Shown here one piece after another: positions 27,786 to 37,561 of a stretch of DNA of 64,000 bases; position 1 is the first letter of the stretch, and every line of letters begins with the position of its first letter. The DNA comes from Candidatus Aenigmatarchaeota archaeon (GTDB lineage: Archaea; Aenigmatarchaeota; Aenigmatarchaeia; QMZP01; QMZT01): the NCBI GenBank assembly GCA_041489155.1, contig JBGPQP010000002.1, positions 32,001 to 96,000 of the forward strand. Reading direction: 5' to 3'. A program made the translations under genes and the position numbers. The notes beneath the pieces were generated by a model. That model was not told the origin of the DNA and searched no databases. It was given only the letters and a program-made list of their open reading frames with translations.

Positions 27786-28445
27786 TCATGCGAGTTCTAT
27801 TGTCAGCACGCCGTTCTTGAATGTCTGGTTGAAGATGCTGGTTTCAGGAGGCTTTGTGAGAATCTTGAAATACGCCTTTTCGCCTGCTATGGCTTTGACT
27901 TCGATGGAGTTCTCAAGCTTCTTCACCTCAATGTCATTCGCGTTCCTGACGCCGGGCAGTTTTATCTCAACAAGTGTTTTGCTGCCTACCTTCTTCATGC
28001 AGGTCACAGGCTCTTCGGTGTGCTTTGCACTGTCAAAGCATATGCCCTGCGCTCCACTGCTTTCAGTTTTTTCAGGCCTTATTGCCTTGGATATGCGGTC
28101 TCCGAAGCCCATCTTGTCCGCTTCCTTCTCTATCGCCTTCTTCGGGACGTCGCCGAAGGTCTGTATCGAAACCTTTGGCTTGTGGCCGGTGCCCTGCGTT
28201 ATCTTTATGGAGAAGCCGCTGCCCCTCATGGGCTTGGTGTTTTTGGGGAACATTGGTATAAGGTCTGCGAACTCGAAATTCTTTTCCAGGGCCTTGTTCA
28301 TCTCGCTCATTTCGCGTTCCATGCGCTCGAACACATCGCCGAATAAAGCGCGTTCTTTAATCTCCAGCTCCGCGCCGCAGCTGGGGCAGAACTTCCATCT
28401 CGCGTCCGTTTCTCTGCCGCAGTTGGCGCATCTCATATGTATCAT
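27786..28445 (-). CDS. Zinc-ribbon protein with C-terminal Hsp20/alpha-crystallin-like domain
   Basis: CANCG...FCPSCG. EIKLPGV...IEVK...FKNGVLTIEL. Confidence 0.75.
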   Translation of the reverse strand: MIHMRCANCGRETDARWKFCPSCGAELEIKERALFGDVFERMEREMSEMNKALEKNFEFADLIPMFPKNTKPMRGSGFSIKITQGTGHKPKVSIQTFGDVPKKAIEKEADKMGFGDRISKAIRPEKTESSGAQGICFDSAKHTEEPVTCMKKVGSKTLVEIKLPGVRNANDIEVKKLENSIEVKAIAGEKAYFKILTKPPETSIFNQTFKNGVLTIELA

Positions 28446-28458
28446 GTTTTATTTGAAA

Positions 28459-30801
28459 TTATAAAAGTTTTCTGGCCATAGTCACGAGCCTCGGCTTTTT
28501 CATCAGGATCAGGGCGAGCCTCTTGAAGCCAGACGCTCTCGCGAAGCCGACGAGTTCGTCGCCATTAAGGTATTCGGCCAGCCAGTTGAGTTCGTCATCC
28601 TTCAGGTTTTCGACGACGTGCCTCAGCTTCAGGATTCTCTTCAACCTTTCCCCGCGTTCCTTCCACCATCTTCTCTCGTATTCGGCGAGCTTCGCCTTTG
28701 AATAATCATTCGCTTTTATCGCCTTTGCAATCGTTTCGCTTGCCATGCGACCTGCGACATACGCTTCAGCTATGCCGCCTCCGTGAATCGGGTTGACCTG
28801 ATGCGCTGCATCGCCGACGACGACGAAATTGTCAGCCACCATGCTTCTGAGGAAGCCGCCGACAGGCACGCCGCCCGAGTTGGCTTCTATGGTCGATCCC
28901 TTGCGCAGGGCTTCGCGCTCCCTTATGAAATCCCTGAGGTATGATATCGCCGACCTTTTTGAGAAGGGCTTTCTCACGCCTATGCCGACATTCGCGCTGT
29001 CCTTCCCTTTCGGGAATATCCAACAATTATGCACAATAAAACCAGGGCAGAATGAACCGTTAGATTGGATATCATATACCTTTCCTGTATATTTTTCACG
29101 TCTTAGGCTTCTTACACCCATAAACAAAAATCCTTCTTTTACAAACGACCTGCTGTTTTTCAATTCTCCATATTTGCATTCACCGAATATTGTATCTAGC
29201 TTTTTCAATTGTTTGCCATAAATTCGTAAACGATATGCATTTTTCTTTTTTATTCTTCCAACTGAACCAGCTATATTTATTGTTGATAAAAACATCCACA
29301 AGTCGTATAACATTCGTTTTGACGTTGTGGTAAGGTTTAAATGTTCATCTTCACGTTTTGATTTTTTCTCTTTGTTCCCGTCACCTCTGAAAAGACCTTT
29401 TAAAAACGCTATCTTTAGCTCATCATCCAGACCAAAGAAAAAATGCGGTATATGTTTATTATGGCAACCTCTTCCGAATAAAGACTCGAATAATTGTTTT
29501 AAAATTTTGGAAGCAAAATGCACTTGCACGCATGTTTTTTCTCCTGATGTTTTTTTATTTTTCCATAGGCTGGCCTCAAATCCGAATGTCTCCTCTCCTA
29601 TTTCTTCCACTCTATTTATTATGTTTTTATCTGTATTGCTTATAATAATGCCATTGGAGTTTGTGTTACCCTCTGACACATAATAACCAAAAAACTCCAT
29701 CAATTTTTCTGTTATTTCTAGATTATTTTTTATGCCATGTTTATATGCAAATTCAGCCCCAAATTGATTTCTGCCTATAGGATATGTTTTACCATCTTTT
29801 ACTATACCTTTCACGTAATCCTGAATTTTAATGTGTGTAATTCGTTTCTCTTTTGGGATGGGTAATATTAGGTAATCGCCATCTCTGTGATTACCCCTCC
29901 TTCCCTTTATTATTTCCTTTGCCTTTTTCCATGCAAATCCATCTTTTTTGTTCCATATATAGACTAGATGGCCCGGGGTTAGTCTAACTTCATTATTGAA
30001 CATAAAGGGAGTTATGGTGATGATTTCTCCATCGTATTCCCTTATAGAGATAGCGGAAGCAGGGACCCATCCTTTCATCGTGAATACTTCTTCACCGATT
30101 TTAACATCAGAAATTGGTTTGAGCGTATTTTTAGTGATAATTTCTGTATCAGGTGTCAGACAATATCCGCCAGGCGCGATAGCGTTGCCGAAGTAGAGCT
30201 CGATCCTGTCGGGATCTATGCTCACGTTCGTCATCTCGAACTGCGCGCAGGACGCAATCTCGGAAAGCGGGAGCGTGGTGTCTATGCCCATCATTCTCGG
30301 GAGCCTTGACTCGATGCCGTCGCAAGCGACAAGAATCTTGCACCCGATTTCAAGGGTTTCGTTGCCAGACCTCAGTTTTACAGCGAGCCTGTTCCCGTTC
30401 CTTCTCGCTCCTATGACCTCGGTTTTGGTCAGGACCCTGGCGCCCGCCTGAACGGCGAGTTTCGCCAGGTACTTGTCAAGCATCTTCCTCTCGATTATCC
30501 ATCCCTCAGGCCCGTCGAAATCGGCGGTTATCTTCTTGCCGTTGGGCGCGTAAATGCTCGCACCCTTTACGACTTTAGAAATCCACGAATTATCGACCTT
30601 TATTTCCATCCTTTCCGCGGCGGACCTCGAAAGGCCCTCGCCGCAGCGCTTCGGGCTGCCTATCTCCTGCCGCTTCTCGACTGCTAGGGTTTTCAGGCCT
30701 TTTTCAGCGCAGTGTCTCGCGACTGAAGAGCCAGCGGGCCCGACGCCGACAACCAGCACATCATACTCCCTGTCAATATACTCGAACATAATATCACCCA
30801 A
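28459..30801 (-). CDS. (Di)geranylgeranyl reductase-family flavoprotein interrupted by an intein (401-aa mature protein)
   Basis: VVGVGPAGS, PKRCGEGL, ACDG, PGGY|CWIFPK, VGDAAHQVNPIHGGGI. Confidence 0.92.
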   Translation of the reverse strand: MGDIMFEYIDREYDVLVVGVGPAGSSVARHCAEKGLKTLAVEKRQEIGSPKRCGEGLSRSAAERMEIKVDNSWISKVVKGASIYAPNGKKITADFDGPEGWIIERKMLDKYLAKLAVQAGARVLTKTEVIGARRNGNRLAVKLRSGNETLEIGCKILVACDGIESRLPRMMGIDTTLPLSEIASCAQFEMTNVSIDPDRIELYFGNAIAPGGYCLTPDTEIITKNTLKPISDVKIGEEVFTMKGWVPASAISIREYDGEIITITPFMFNNEVRLTPGHLVYIWNKKDGFAWKKAKEIIKGRRGNHRDGDYLILPIPKEKRITHIKIQDYVKGIVKDGKTYPIGRNQFGAEFAYKHGIKNNLEITEKLMEFFGYYVSEGNTNSNGIIISNTDKNIINRVEEIGEETFGFEASLWKNKKTSGEKTCVQVHFASKILKQLFESLFGRGCHNKHIPHFFFGLDDELKIAFLKGLFRGDGNKEKKSKREDEHLNLTTTSKRMLYDLWMFLSTINIAGSVGRIKKKNAYRLRIYGKQLKKLDTIFGECKYGELKNSRSFVKEGFLFMGVRSLRREKYTGKVYDIQSNGSFCPGFIVHNCWIFPKGKDSANVGIGVRKPFSKRSAISYLRDFIREREALRKGSTIEANSGGVPVGGFLRSMVADNFVVVGDAAHQVNPIHGGGIAEAYVAGRMASETIAKAIKANDYSKAKLAEYERRWWKERGERLKRILKLRHVVENLKDDELNWLAEYLNGDELVGFARASGFKRLALILMKKPRLVTMARKLL
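29026..30162 (-). mobile_element. 379-aa intein with LAGLIDADG homing endonuclease
   Basis: Block A CLTPDTEI, block B LTPGHLV, endonuclease motifs FFGYYVSEG and FLKGLFRGDG, blocks F/G VYDI...IVHN with +1 Cys. Visibly more AT-rich than the exteins. Confidence 0.93.
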
Positions 30802-30859
30802 TAAATCTTTTTAATAGCCTATTTATTTATAAAATAAGATATAAAAAGTTCGTTAAGAG

Positions 30860-31336
30860 TTGGTGGTGTTTGTGTCGTTTTTCGGTAAGAAGAGGGAAGG
30901 CATCAAGAGGAATGTTGCTCTGTTTGTGGACGGACCGAATATAATAAGAAGGGAATTCAGCATTGATCTGGACGAGCTTAGGAAGAACATAGAGAAGTAC
31001 GGCAGAATCGTGACCGGAAAAGTCTTCCTTAACCAGCATGCCCCCGACAAGCTGATCGAAGCCGTCGCCAATCAGGGCTTTGAGCCTAAAGTCGTGCTGG
31101 CCGGCGAGGCCGAAGCGGACGTTGACGTCAGCGTCGCGGTCGAAATAGTCAAGGCCGCTTACAACGATAAAATCGACGTGATCGCCCTCGCTTCTAGAGA
31201 CGCTGATTATCTGCCTGCGATACAGCTTGCCAAGGAGAAGGACAAAATCATCGTGATAATCGGCATAAACCCCGGCTTTTCCAGGGCCCTGCAGAACGTC
31301 GCGGACAGCGTTGAAATTCTGACCAAAAGGGTTTGA
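30860..31336 (+). CDS. NYN-domain (PIN-like) protein
   Basis: LFVDGPN, DVDV, LASRDADY, IG...FSRAL...AD. Confidence 0.88.
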   Translation: MVVFVSFFGKKREGIKRNVALFVDGPNIIRREFSIDLDELRKNIEKYGRIVTGKVFLNQHAPDKLIEAVANQGFEPKVVLAGEAEADVDVSVAVEIVKAAYNDKIDVIALASRDADYLPAIQLAKEKDKIIVIIGINPGFSRALQNVADSVEILTKRV

Positions 31337-32002
31337 ATGAGAGTGAAAGAAAACCTATCGGCGGTTAGAAAGCAGATCGAACAGGCAGCGAAAAAATCGG
31401 GGAGATGTGCCGAAGACATAGTTCTCGTCGGCATTTCCAAGACCGCCAGCGTCGAGCTAGTGAAAGAAGCCGTAGGCTGCGGTCTTGCCGACATCGGGGA
31501 GAACCGCGTGCAGGAAGCCGAAAAGAAATTCCCCCTGCTTTCCGGCGTCAGGAAGCATTTCGTCGGTCACCTGCAGTCCAACAAGGTAAAAAAAGCGGTT
31601 GAAATATTTGATGTCATCCAGTCTGTCGATTCAATCGAGATCGCCAGGAAAATCGATGAGCAAGCGCTTCGGATGGGCAAGACCATGCCTGTCCTCATCC
31701 AGGTGCGCACGGATGAAATGAAGGAGTTCGGGATAAGGCCTGTCGAAACCGAAAAATTTCTCAGGAAAGCGGCAAAGCTTGAAGGCACACGTATTCTGGG
31801 TTTAATGACAATCGGGCCGGCATTTGAAAATCCCGAAGATTCGCGTCACGTATTCAGGGAAACGAAAAAGCTTTTCGACTCGCTAGCGCGAATACCGCAC
31901 GTGGAAATGCGCTATCTCTCTATGGGCATGAGTTTCGATTTCAGAATAGCGATAGAAGAAGGCGCAAACATGGTGAGAGTGGGAAGGGCAATTTTTGACT
32001 AG
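31337..32002 (+). CDS. yggS: YggS-family PLP homeostasis protein
   Basis: GISK, GENRVQE, HFVGHLQSNK, LSMGMS, VRVGRAIF. Confidence 0.93.
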   Translation: MRVKENLSAVRKQIEQAAKKSGRCAEDIVLVGISKTASVELVKEAVGCGLADIGENRVQEAEKKFPLLSGVRKHFVGHLQSNKVKKAVEIFDVIQSVDSIEIARKIDEQALRMGKTMPVLIQVRTDEMKEFGIRPVETEKFLRKAAKLEGTRILGLMTIGPAFENPEDSRHVFRETKKLFDSLARIPHVEMRYLSMGMSFDFRIAIEEGANMVRVGRAIFD

Positions 32003-32259
32003 AATGCGGGCCCGTTTTTTGAAAATTGCAGATAAAAATAAAAATCACAAAATCAAAATATTATATGCATGTTTTGAAGAAATATCAACTGTTTTTTCCG
32101 CATGCAAAACATCCTTGTTACCAGCCGGCGCCTGTATATTATTCTAATACATATTTTTCACGAAGTAACCCAAGGGATAAGGCGATAGAAACCTATTTCA
32201 GAAGAGGACAAATCCACCACAAATACCACAATTCAGGAAAACATTAAGCCACAAAAAGT

Positions 32260-33231
32260 TCACGCACCGGTCCTGAGCTCGCTTTTTATGCTGCTGACGA
32301 AATACGCTCCTATCAGGATGAGGACGCTACCTAAAAGCTGGATTACCGGCAGCGGTTCGCCGAAAAACATGATGCCGATCAATAGCGACACGACAGGCGC
32401 GAGCAGCAGCAACGCGGAGGCCTTCGAGACGTTTATGTAGCGTATGCTCCTGTACCAGAAGTAAACGTAGGCGAAGAGGAATATCACGGAAACGAATATG
32501 TTGTTCCACTGCTCCACGGTCAGGTAGAAAAGCATGTCGAGCCTGTTAACGAACGCAGCGACGCCGAAAAGTATCACGCCTCCGAAGAACATCCTGGCGA
32601 ACGAGACTACGAGGTGATTGCCTCCTTCAGTCATTACTTTTCTGGCAGCCACGTTTTCGACGGCCCACATTATTGCAGCGCCTATGATCAGCATATCACC
32701 CATCTGCGGGTTGCTCCACCATTCGGTTGGCTCGATCTGAGAGGCAAAAATGAAGAACGTCCCGGCCAGCATCAGGCCAAGCGCATAAACCTGTTTCCTG
32801 GGTATCCTTTCCTTAAGGAATATGAAGGCGAAGACAGCGATGTACAGGGGGAGGGTTTTTTGGAGGAACGCGGCCCTGCCTGCAGTCGTCAGGCTAAGGC
32901 CGGTGAAGAACATGAGGAAGGCGAAGGCTCCTCCTATTACCGCTATCAGTGCCAGGTATTTCCAGTGCTTTTTAAGCTCGTTCCTGTGGAGGCTGTGCGT
33001 CCCGAAGGAAAGCAGAAGGAATACGAAGCCTATTATTATCGCCCTGACCGCGGTGAAAATTGTGGGATCGATGTCAACCACGAAAATCTTGTTGAGGGGG
33101 ATGGAAATACCGCTTATGACCGCGGCGAACAGGGCGAAAACCGTCCCTATGATTTCCCTGCTCCTGCCTGTCTTTTTCAAGGGTTTTGCAGGTTCTTTTT
33201 TCTTCTCTTTTGCGGTTCTGCCCTTTCTCAT
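32260..33231 (-). CDS. DMT/EamA-family transporter
   Basis: About 10 TMs in two EamA repeats (FLKER, FFGEPL). Confidence 0.88.
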   Translation of the reverse strand: MRKGRTAKEKKKEPAKPLKKTGRSREIIGTVFALFAAVISGISIPLNKIFVVDIDPTIFTAVRAIIIGFVFLLLSFGTHSLHRNELKKHWKYLALIAVIGGAFAFLMFFTGLSLTTAGRAAFLQKTLPLYIAVFAFIFLKERIPRKQVYALGLMLAGTFFIFASQIEPTEWWSNPQMGDMLIIGAAIMWAVENVAARKVMTEGGNHLVVSFARMFFGGVILFGVAAFVNRLDMLFYLTVEQWNNIFVSVIFLFAYVYFWYRSIRYINVSKASALLLLAPVVSLLIGIMFFGEPLPVIQLLGSVLILIGAYFVSSIKSELRTGA

Positions 33232-33743
33232 CTCTTCGACCCCTTCATCCTCCCCGCATAAACAGGATTTATCTTCTCAGAAATATAATCGTAATGCACG
33301 CTTACCCAGTCCTTCGCTGCCAGCCCGTGGGCGAAATCGTTCCTGAAAAGCCTGTCGCCGAGAGGCGTCCTCACGAGGATGTTGCCTTCGTTTATTTTCA
33401 GAACCCTGCCGGGGTGAACTAGGCAATCCTCAAGCTTCAGCTCGGGCCGCACCTGCTGCCTCCATTTTATCGCGTTTTCATGCTCTACGAGGAAATATCT
33501 TCTGATTACCTCGGCGTCTATCTCATGCTTGCCCATCTGCTTTGCGATTATCGTGCACATGCGTGCGGCGACATTGAAGACTTTTTCTATCGGTATTGCC
33601 GTTCCGCTTCCGTTCCTCACCGCTTCGTTGAGGCTGTCCAGCACTTCGCCTTTCAGCTCGCCCCTTTTCACCAGGAATTCCCCGCACGGGATCGCATAGC
33701 GTAAAAACAATTCCCTGTCCTTTATCGGCAGCACCTTGAACAT
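33228..33743 (-). CDS. Hypothetical protein, DUF6390-like, with a HypC-like C-terminal barrel
   Basis: FLRYAIPC N-terminus. CLVHPGRV...DWVSVHYDYISEKI C-terminus. Stop overlaps the DMT start (ATGA). Confidence 0.5.
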   Translation of the reverse strand: MFKVLPIKDRELFLRYAIPCGEFLVKRGELKGEVLDSLNEAVRNGSGTAIPIEKVFNVAARMCTIIAKQMGKHEIDAEVIRRYFLVEHENAIKWRQQVRPELKLEDCLVHPGRVLKINEGNILVRTPLGDRLFRNDFAHGLAAKDWVSVHYDYISEKINPVYAGRMKGSKR

Positions 33744-33768
33744 AATGATCAATTAATCTCTCAATCTC

Positions 33769-33927
33769 TCAAAGCTTTTCTATCACGAAATCGTTGAACA
33801 CGAGCACTTTGTCTCCCCTTCTCACCTTTATGAACTCGGCATTCGCCTTCCTTCGCACGCCGTCGAAGTCGACAAGCGCCTGTCCGCCCTCAACACCAAC
33901 GACTTTCCCGGTCAACGCCAAACACAT
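33769..33927 (-). CDS. hypC: HypC/HybG/HupF-like chaperone, 52 aa (not in the ORF track)
   Basis: MCLALTGKVVGVEGGQALVDFDGVRRKANAEFIKVRRGDKVLVFNDFVIEKL matches the HypC pattern MCLxxPxKV...AxVDFxGVxR...GDxVLV. Confidence 0.8.
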   Translation of the reverse strand: MCLALTGKVVGVEGGQALVDFDGVRRKANAEFIKVRRGDKVLVFNDFVIEKL

Positions 33928-33975
33928 GTTACCTTTTCTTAATATGGATTACGGCTAAATAAAAGTTTCAATTTG

Positions 33976-34887
33976 TCATATGCCCTTCAGCAGGTAAAGC
34001 ATTATCGCTTTCTGTGCGTGAAGCCTGTTCTCGGCCTGGTCGAAAACAACAGATTGCGGGCCGTCTATGACGTCATCGGTTATTTCATGTCCCCTGTGGG
34101 CAGGCAGGCAGTGCATAACTATTGCGTCATGTTTAGCATGCTGGAGGAGTTTTGCGTTGAGCTGGTAAGGCTTCAGGTCGGCGATTCTCTGGTCGGCGTT
34201 TTCCTGGCCCATCGACACCCACGCATCCGTGTGCACGACGTCAGCGTCCTTTATGCCTTTCACCGGGTCGTGCTCTATCTTTATGCTGCCCTTCGCGTGC
34301 TTCTTCGCGCGTTCCACGAGCGAAGGGTCGGGCATGTATTCCTTCTTCGGCGGGCAGACGCCGACGACGTTGGACCACATCTTGGAGAAGCCTATCATGG
34401 TCGAGTTGAACATGTTGAAGCCGCAGTCGCCGAGGAAGACGACCTTGAGATCCTCGAGCTTCCCTTTCTTTTCCATTACCGTCAGCATGTCGGCCATGGT
34501 CTGGCACGGGTGGAATTTTTCGCTCAGACCGTTTATAACAGGGATTTTCGAGACAGCGGCCATTTTTTCCAAATCGCTGTGCTTGTTGACCCTCGCCATT
34601 ATGATGTCGCAGTATCTTTCAAGCGTCTTGGTGGTGTCTTCTATTGTCTCGCCGCGGCCAAGCTGCGTCGTTCGCATGTCTATGAAAATCGCATGGCCGG
34701 CGAGCTGGGTCATCCCTGTTTCGAACGACACGCGCGTCCTGGTCGAAGGCTTTTCGAATAGCATGGCAAGCGTCTTGCCGTCAAGCTTCTCGTTAAGTTC
34801 GCCTGCTTTTATTTTGAGGGCGAGATCAAGCATGTGTTTTATCTCCTTTTCAGAAAAATCCAGCAGAGTCAGGAAATGTCTTGCCAT
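33976..34887 (-). CDS. argF: Ornithine carbamoyltransferase
   Basis: FEKPSTRT, HPCQ, WVSMG, MHCLP, QAENR. Confidence 0.95.
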   Translation of the reverse strand: MARHFLTLLDFSEKEIKHMLDLALKIKAGELNEKLDGKTLAMLFEKPSTRTRVSFETGMTQLAGHAIFIDMRTTQLGRGETIEDTTKTLERYCDIIMARVNKHSDLEKMAAVSKIPVINGLSEKFHPCQTMADMLTVMEKKGKLEDLKVVFLGDCGFNMFNSTMIGFSKMWSNVVGVCPPKKEYMPDPSLVERAKKHAKGSIKIEHDPVKGIKDADVVHTDAWVSMGQENADQRIADLKPYQLNAKLLQHAKHDAIVMHCLPAHRGHEITDDVIDGPQSVVFDQAENRLHAQKAIMLYLLKGI

Positions 34888-34935
34888 ACAACCACCTCAA
34901 GCCAAAATCGTTTTTTATAAATAACGCAACAGTCT

Positions 34936-36225
34936 TTAAAACCGTTTTCCATAATCCTTTGCCTTTTTCAGAACGAAAACCGCGTCTTCAACCGCGCTGT
35001 AGATGGGAAAGGTGTCGCCCAGGAAGAACTTCACTTTCTTATAATCCTCATCCCCCGGGGCGCAATCGACCACTATTTTTCCTGTCTTCAGCCGTTTCAG
35101 CAGTTCGAGCTCCTCGGGTTTGAGCAGGCAGGATTTCAGCTGATTTATGATGAGGATGGCATCGACATTCCTGTCCTTCGCGACGATGTCCAGAACGAAC
35201 TTGTATCTCTTTCCATCCGCATCAGCGGCCATGTCAATCGGATTCAGCACTTTTATCCTTGGATATTTCTGCGCTATTTTTCTTCTGGTATCTTCCGATA
35301 ACTGAGCCAGCTCCAGGCCCAACTTGTGGCAGAAATCCGATGCTACTATTGATGAGCCCCCGGTGTTTGAAACTATTGCGATCCTGTTCATCGTCCTCCT
35401 CTCGTATCTTTCGAAGAGCTGGCCGCAGTTGAAAAGCTCGCGCACGCTTTCGACCTCCATCGCGCCCGTCTGCCTGAAGGCGGCTGAGTATATTTCAGCA
35501 TCTGTTGAAAGCGAATCCGTATGCGTTAGCGCGCGCTCTTTTGATGCCTCCGATATCCCCGCTTTCAGGATTATGACTGGCTTGACCGAACGCCTGGCGA
35601 CGGCCATGAATCTCCTCGGGTCCCTTATTGATTCGAGATACATGAGTATGACCTTAGTCTGCCTGTCCGCTGCCAGATATTCGAGCAGGTCGCATTCATT
35701 TACGTCGACAGCATCGCCTATCCATGCGAATTTCGAAATCCCGGCGGAATTCGATATCATGTAATCAAGCATCGTCACGCCTATCCCGCCTGATTGCGAA
35801 ACGACCGATATCCTGCCGGGCCTCATTTTCATTTCTCCCTCGAACGTCGTGTTAAGCGAGTTCTGGGTATTCAAAAGGCCGCAAACCGAGTTTGGACCCA
35901 GTATGCGATACCTAGAAGCGAAGGCTTTCAGTTTCTTTCGCTGCTCGCTATTGAAACCGCCGGAAAGGATGAGCAGGCATCTGGTCTTGAGCTTCGGCAG
36001 GATTTCGAGGATTTTATCGGGCGGCAGCGTAACTACGGCAAGGTCGCAGGGAGGGAATTCGCCTTTTTCCCCGGTGTCGCAGACAAACAGCTTTCCGGAA
36101 AAGCCCCGCAGATTGATTCCGACCCTCCTGAATATTTCAGGCGTTACCATCATGCCGGTTTCCTTCGCTTTCGATGAGCCTACCAAGAGAATGGACCTCG
36201 GGTTGAAAAAAGAAGCGATGTTCAT
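34936..36225 (-). CDS. acdA: Acetate/acyl-CoA ligase (ADP-forming) alpha subunit
   Basis: FFNPRSI, LGPNSV, SQSGG, MYLE, THTDSL (phospho-His), SNTGG, NPIDM. Confidence 0.85.
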   Translation of the reverse strand: MNIASFFNPRSILLVGSSKAKETGMMVTPEIFRRVGINLRGFSGKLFVCDTGEKGEFPPCDLAVVTLPPDKILEILPKLKTRCLLILSGGFNSEQRKKLKAFASRYRILGPNSVCGLLNTQNSLNTTFEGEMKMRPGRISVVSQSGGIGVTMLDYMISNSAGISKFAWIGDAVDVNECDLLEYLAADRQTKVILMYLESIRDPRRFMAVARRSVKPVIILKAGISEASKERALTHTDSLSTDAEIYSAAFRQTGAMEVESVRELFNCGQLFERYERRTMNRIAIVSNTGGSSIVASDFCHKLGLELAQLSEDTRRKIAQKYPRIKVLNPIDMAADADGKRYKFVLDIVAKDRNVDAILIINQLKSCLLKPEELELLKRLKTGKIVVDCAPGDEDYKKVKFFLGDTFPIYSAVEDAVFVLKKAKDYGKRF

Positions 36226-36257
36226 ATATTAAATATGAATTGGGTAAAATAATAATT

Positions 36258-36938
36258 ATGAAAAACAATGCAGGCAGCCAGGCAGAAAAAAGACTGACCG
36301 AATTCGAGGCCAAAAATTTTCTCGCGAAGCATGGAATTCCCATAACAAAGGAATTTCTTGCGAAGACGCTACAAGAAGCAAAGAGGTTCGCGAACAGGAT
36401 AGGCTATCCCGTGGCAATGAAAATACAATCGCCAGACATACTGCACAAAACAGATGCAGGCGGGGTTGAGCTGAACCTGAAAAACGGCGATGATGTTGCA
36501 AAGGCGTTCGACAGGATAATCAAGAATGCGAAAGACTACAACAAAAACGCCAAAATCCTCGGAGTCCTAGTGCAGGAAATGCTCACCGAAGGGCACCAGT
36601 GCATAATAGGCTCCAACAAGGACCCGCAGTTCGGGCCTGTGATCATGTTCGGCCTGGGCGGCATATTCGTCGAGGTGATGAAAGACGTTTCCTTCAGGAT
36701 AATACCCATAAACAGGAAAGACGCAAAGGCGCTTATTTCTGAAATAAGGGCGTACGGCGTCCTTAAAGGCGTCCGCGGTTACAAGGCTGTAAATTTCAAG
36801 GCGCTTGAAGACACGCTTCTGAAAGTATCGAACATGATCTGGAAGGAAAGGAAAATAAAGGAACTGGACATAAACCCGCTGTTCGTCAGCCCGAAGGGCG
36901 TCAAGGCAGCGGATGCGAGGATCGTCCTGGAGATGTGA
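36258..36938 (+). CDS. acdB: Acetate/acyl-CoA ligase (ADP-forming) beta subunit (ATP-grasp)
   Basis: GYPVAMKI, HKTDAGGV, DPQFGPVIMFGLGG, ELDINP. Confidence 0.9.
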   Translation: MKNNAGSQAEKRLTEFEAKNFLAKHGIPITKEFLAKTLQEAKRFANRIGYPVAMKIQSPDILHKTDAGGVELNLKNGDDVAKAFDRIIKNAKDYNKNAKILGVLVQEMLTEGHQCIIGSNKDPQFGPVIMFGLGGIFVEVMKDVSFRIIPINRKDAKALISEIRAYGVLKGVRGYKAVNFKALEDTLLKVSNMIWKERKIKELDINPLFVSPKGVKAADARIVLEM

Positions 36939-36939
36939 G

Positions 36940-37548
36940 ATGAAATTCTTGATCGAGGGGGAAAGGTTAATCAAGAGATTTAGCCAGTCTAGGATGGTTC
37001 AATACAAACTTTATTTTGGTGCCGTCATTCTTTTTCTGGTGCCGGTATTTTACAATTATTACAAGGTACAGCTCCCGGTACCGGATTTATACGTAATGAT
37101 CGCGCCTGCCGCAATCGGCATCATACTGATCCTGATGGCGGAGCTGAAAACAAGGCTTGGCAACTATTACATAACCAACTACAGAATCGTAAGCTCAAGG
37201 GGCGCCCTGAAAAAAACAATAGATTCATGCACATACGACAAGATAGTCAATGTCAAGGTTATGCAGAGTTTCGTGCAGAGGATTTTTGGAATGGGAACAA
37301 TAGACATAACCACTTATCAAAGGACTGAAATACTCCTCAGCTCGATTTCGAACCCCAGCGAGATAGAACGTTTGATATACGGCGCTATGGAAAAACTGGC
37401 CGGCCAGCAGCCGTCAAAACCGGAAAGACAAGGAACACAGCAGCCTTCGCAGCAACAAAGCCCTCCTCAGCAGCCGCCATCGCCGCCGCCTTACCAGCCA
37501 CCGCCTGGGGAGCAGCCTTCCGAAAAATCGCGGTTCAGATCTTTTTGA
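36940..37548 (+). CDS. Membrane protein with bacterial PH-like domain and Pro/Gln-rich tail
   Basis: 2 TMs, YYITNYRI, QSFVQRIFGMGTI, low-complexity QP tail. Confidence 0.75.
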   Translation: MKFLIEGERLIKRFSQSRMVQYKLYFGAVILFLVPVFYNYYKVQLPVPDLYVMIAPAAIGIILILMAELKTRLGNYYITNYRIVSSRGALKKTIDSCTYDKIVNVKVMQSFVQRIFGMGTIDITTYQRTEILLSSISNPSEIERLIYGAMEKLAGQQPSKPERQGTQQPSQQQSPPQQPPSPPPYQPPPGEQPSEKSRFRSF

Positions 37549-37561
37549 GCGAGGTTCTGAT

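Noticed and set aside
32003..32259. AT-rich gap with a 73-aa ORF (32026-32247)
   Set aside because: No recognisable motif, start context or RNA structure. Left unassigned; it could be a gene remnant.
37425..37520. CAG/CCG-rich low-complexity tract
   Set aside because: Encodes the Pro/Gln tail of the PH-domain protein; not a separate element.
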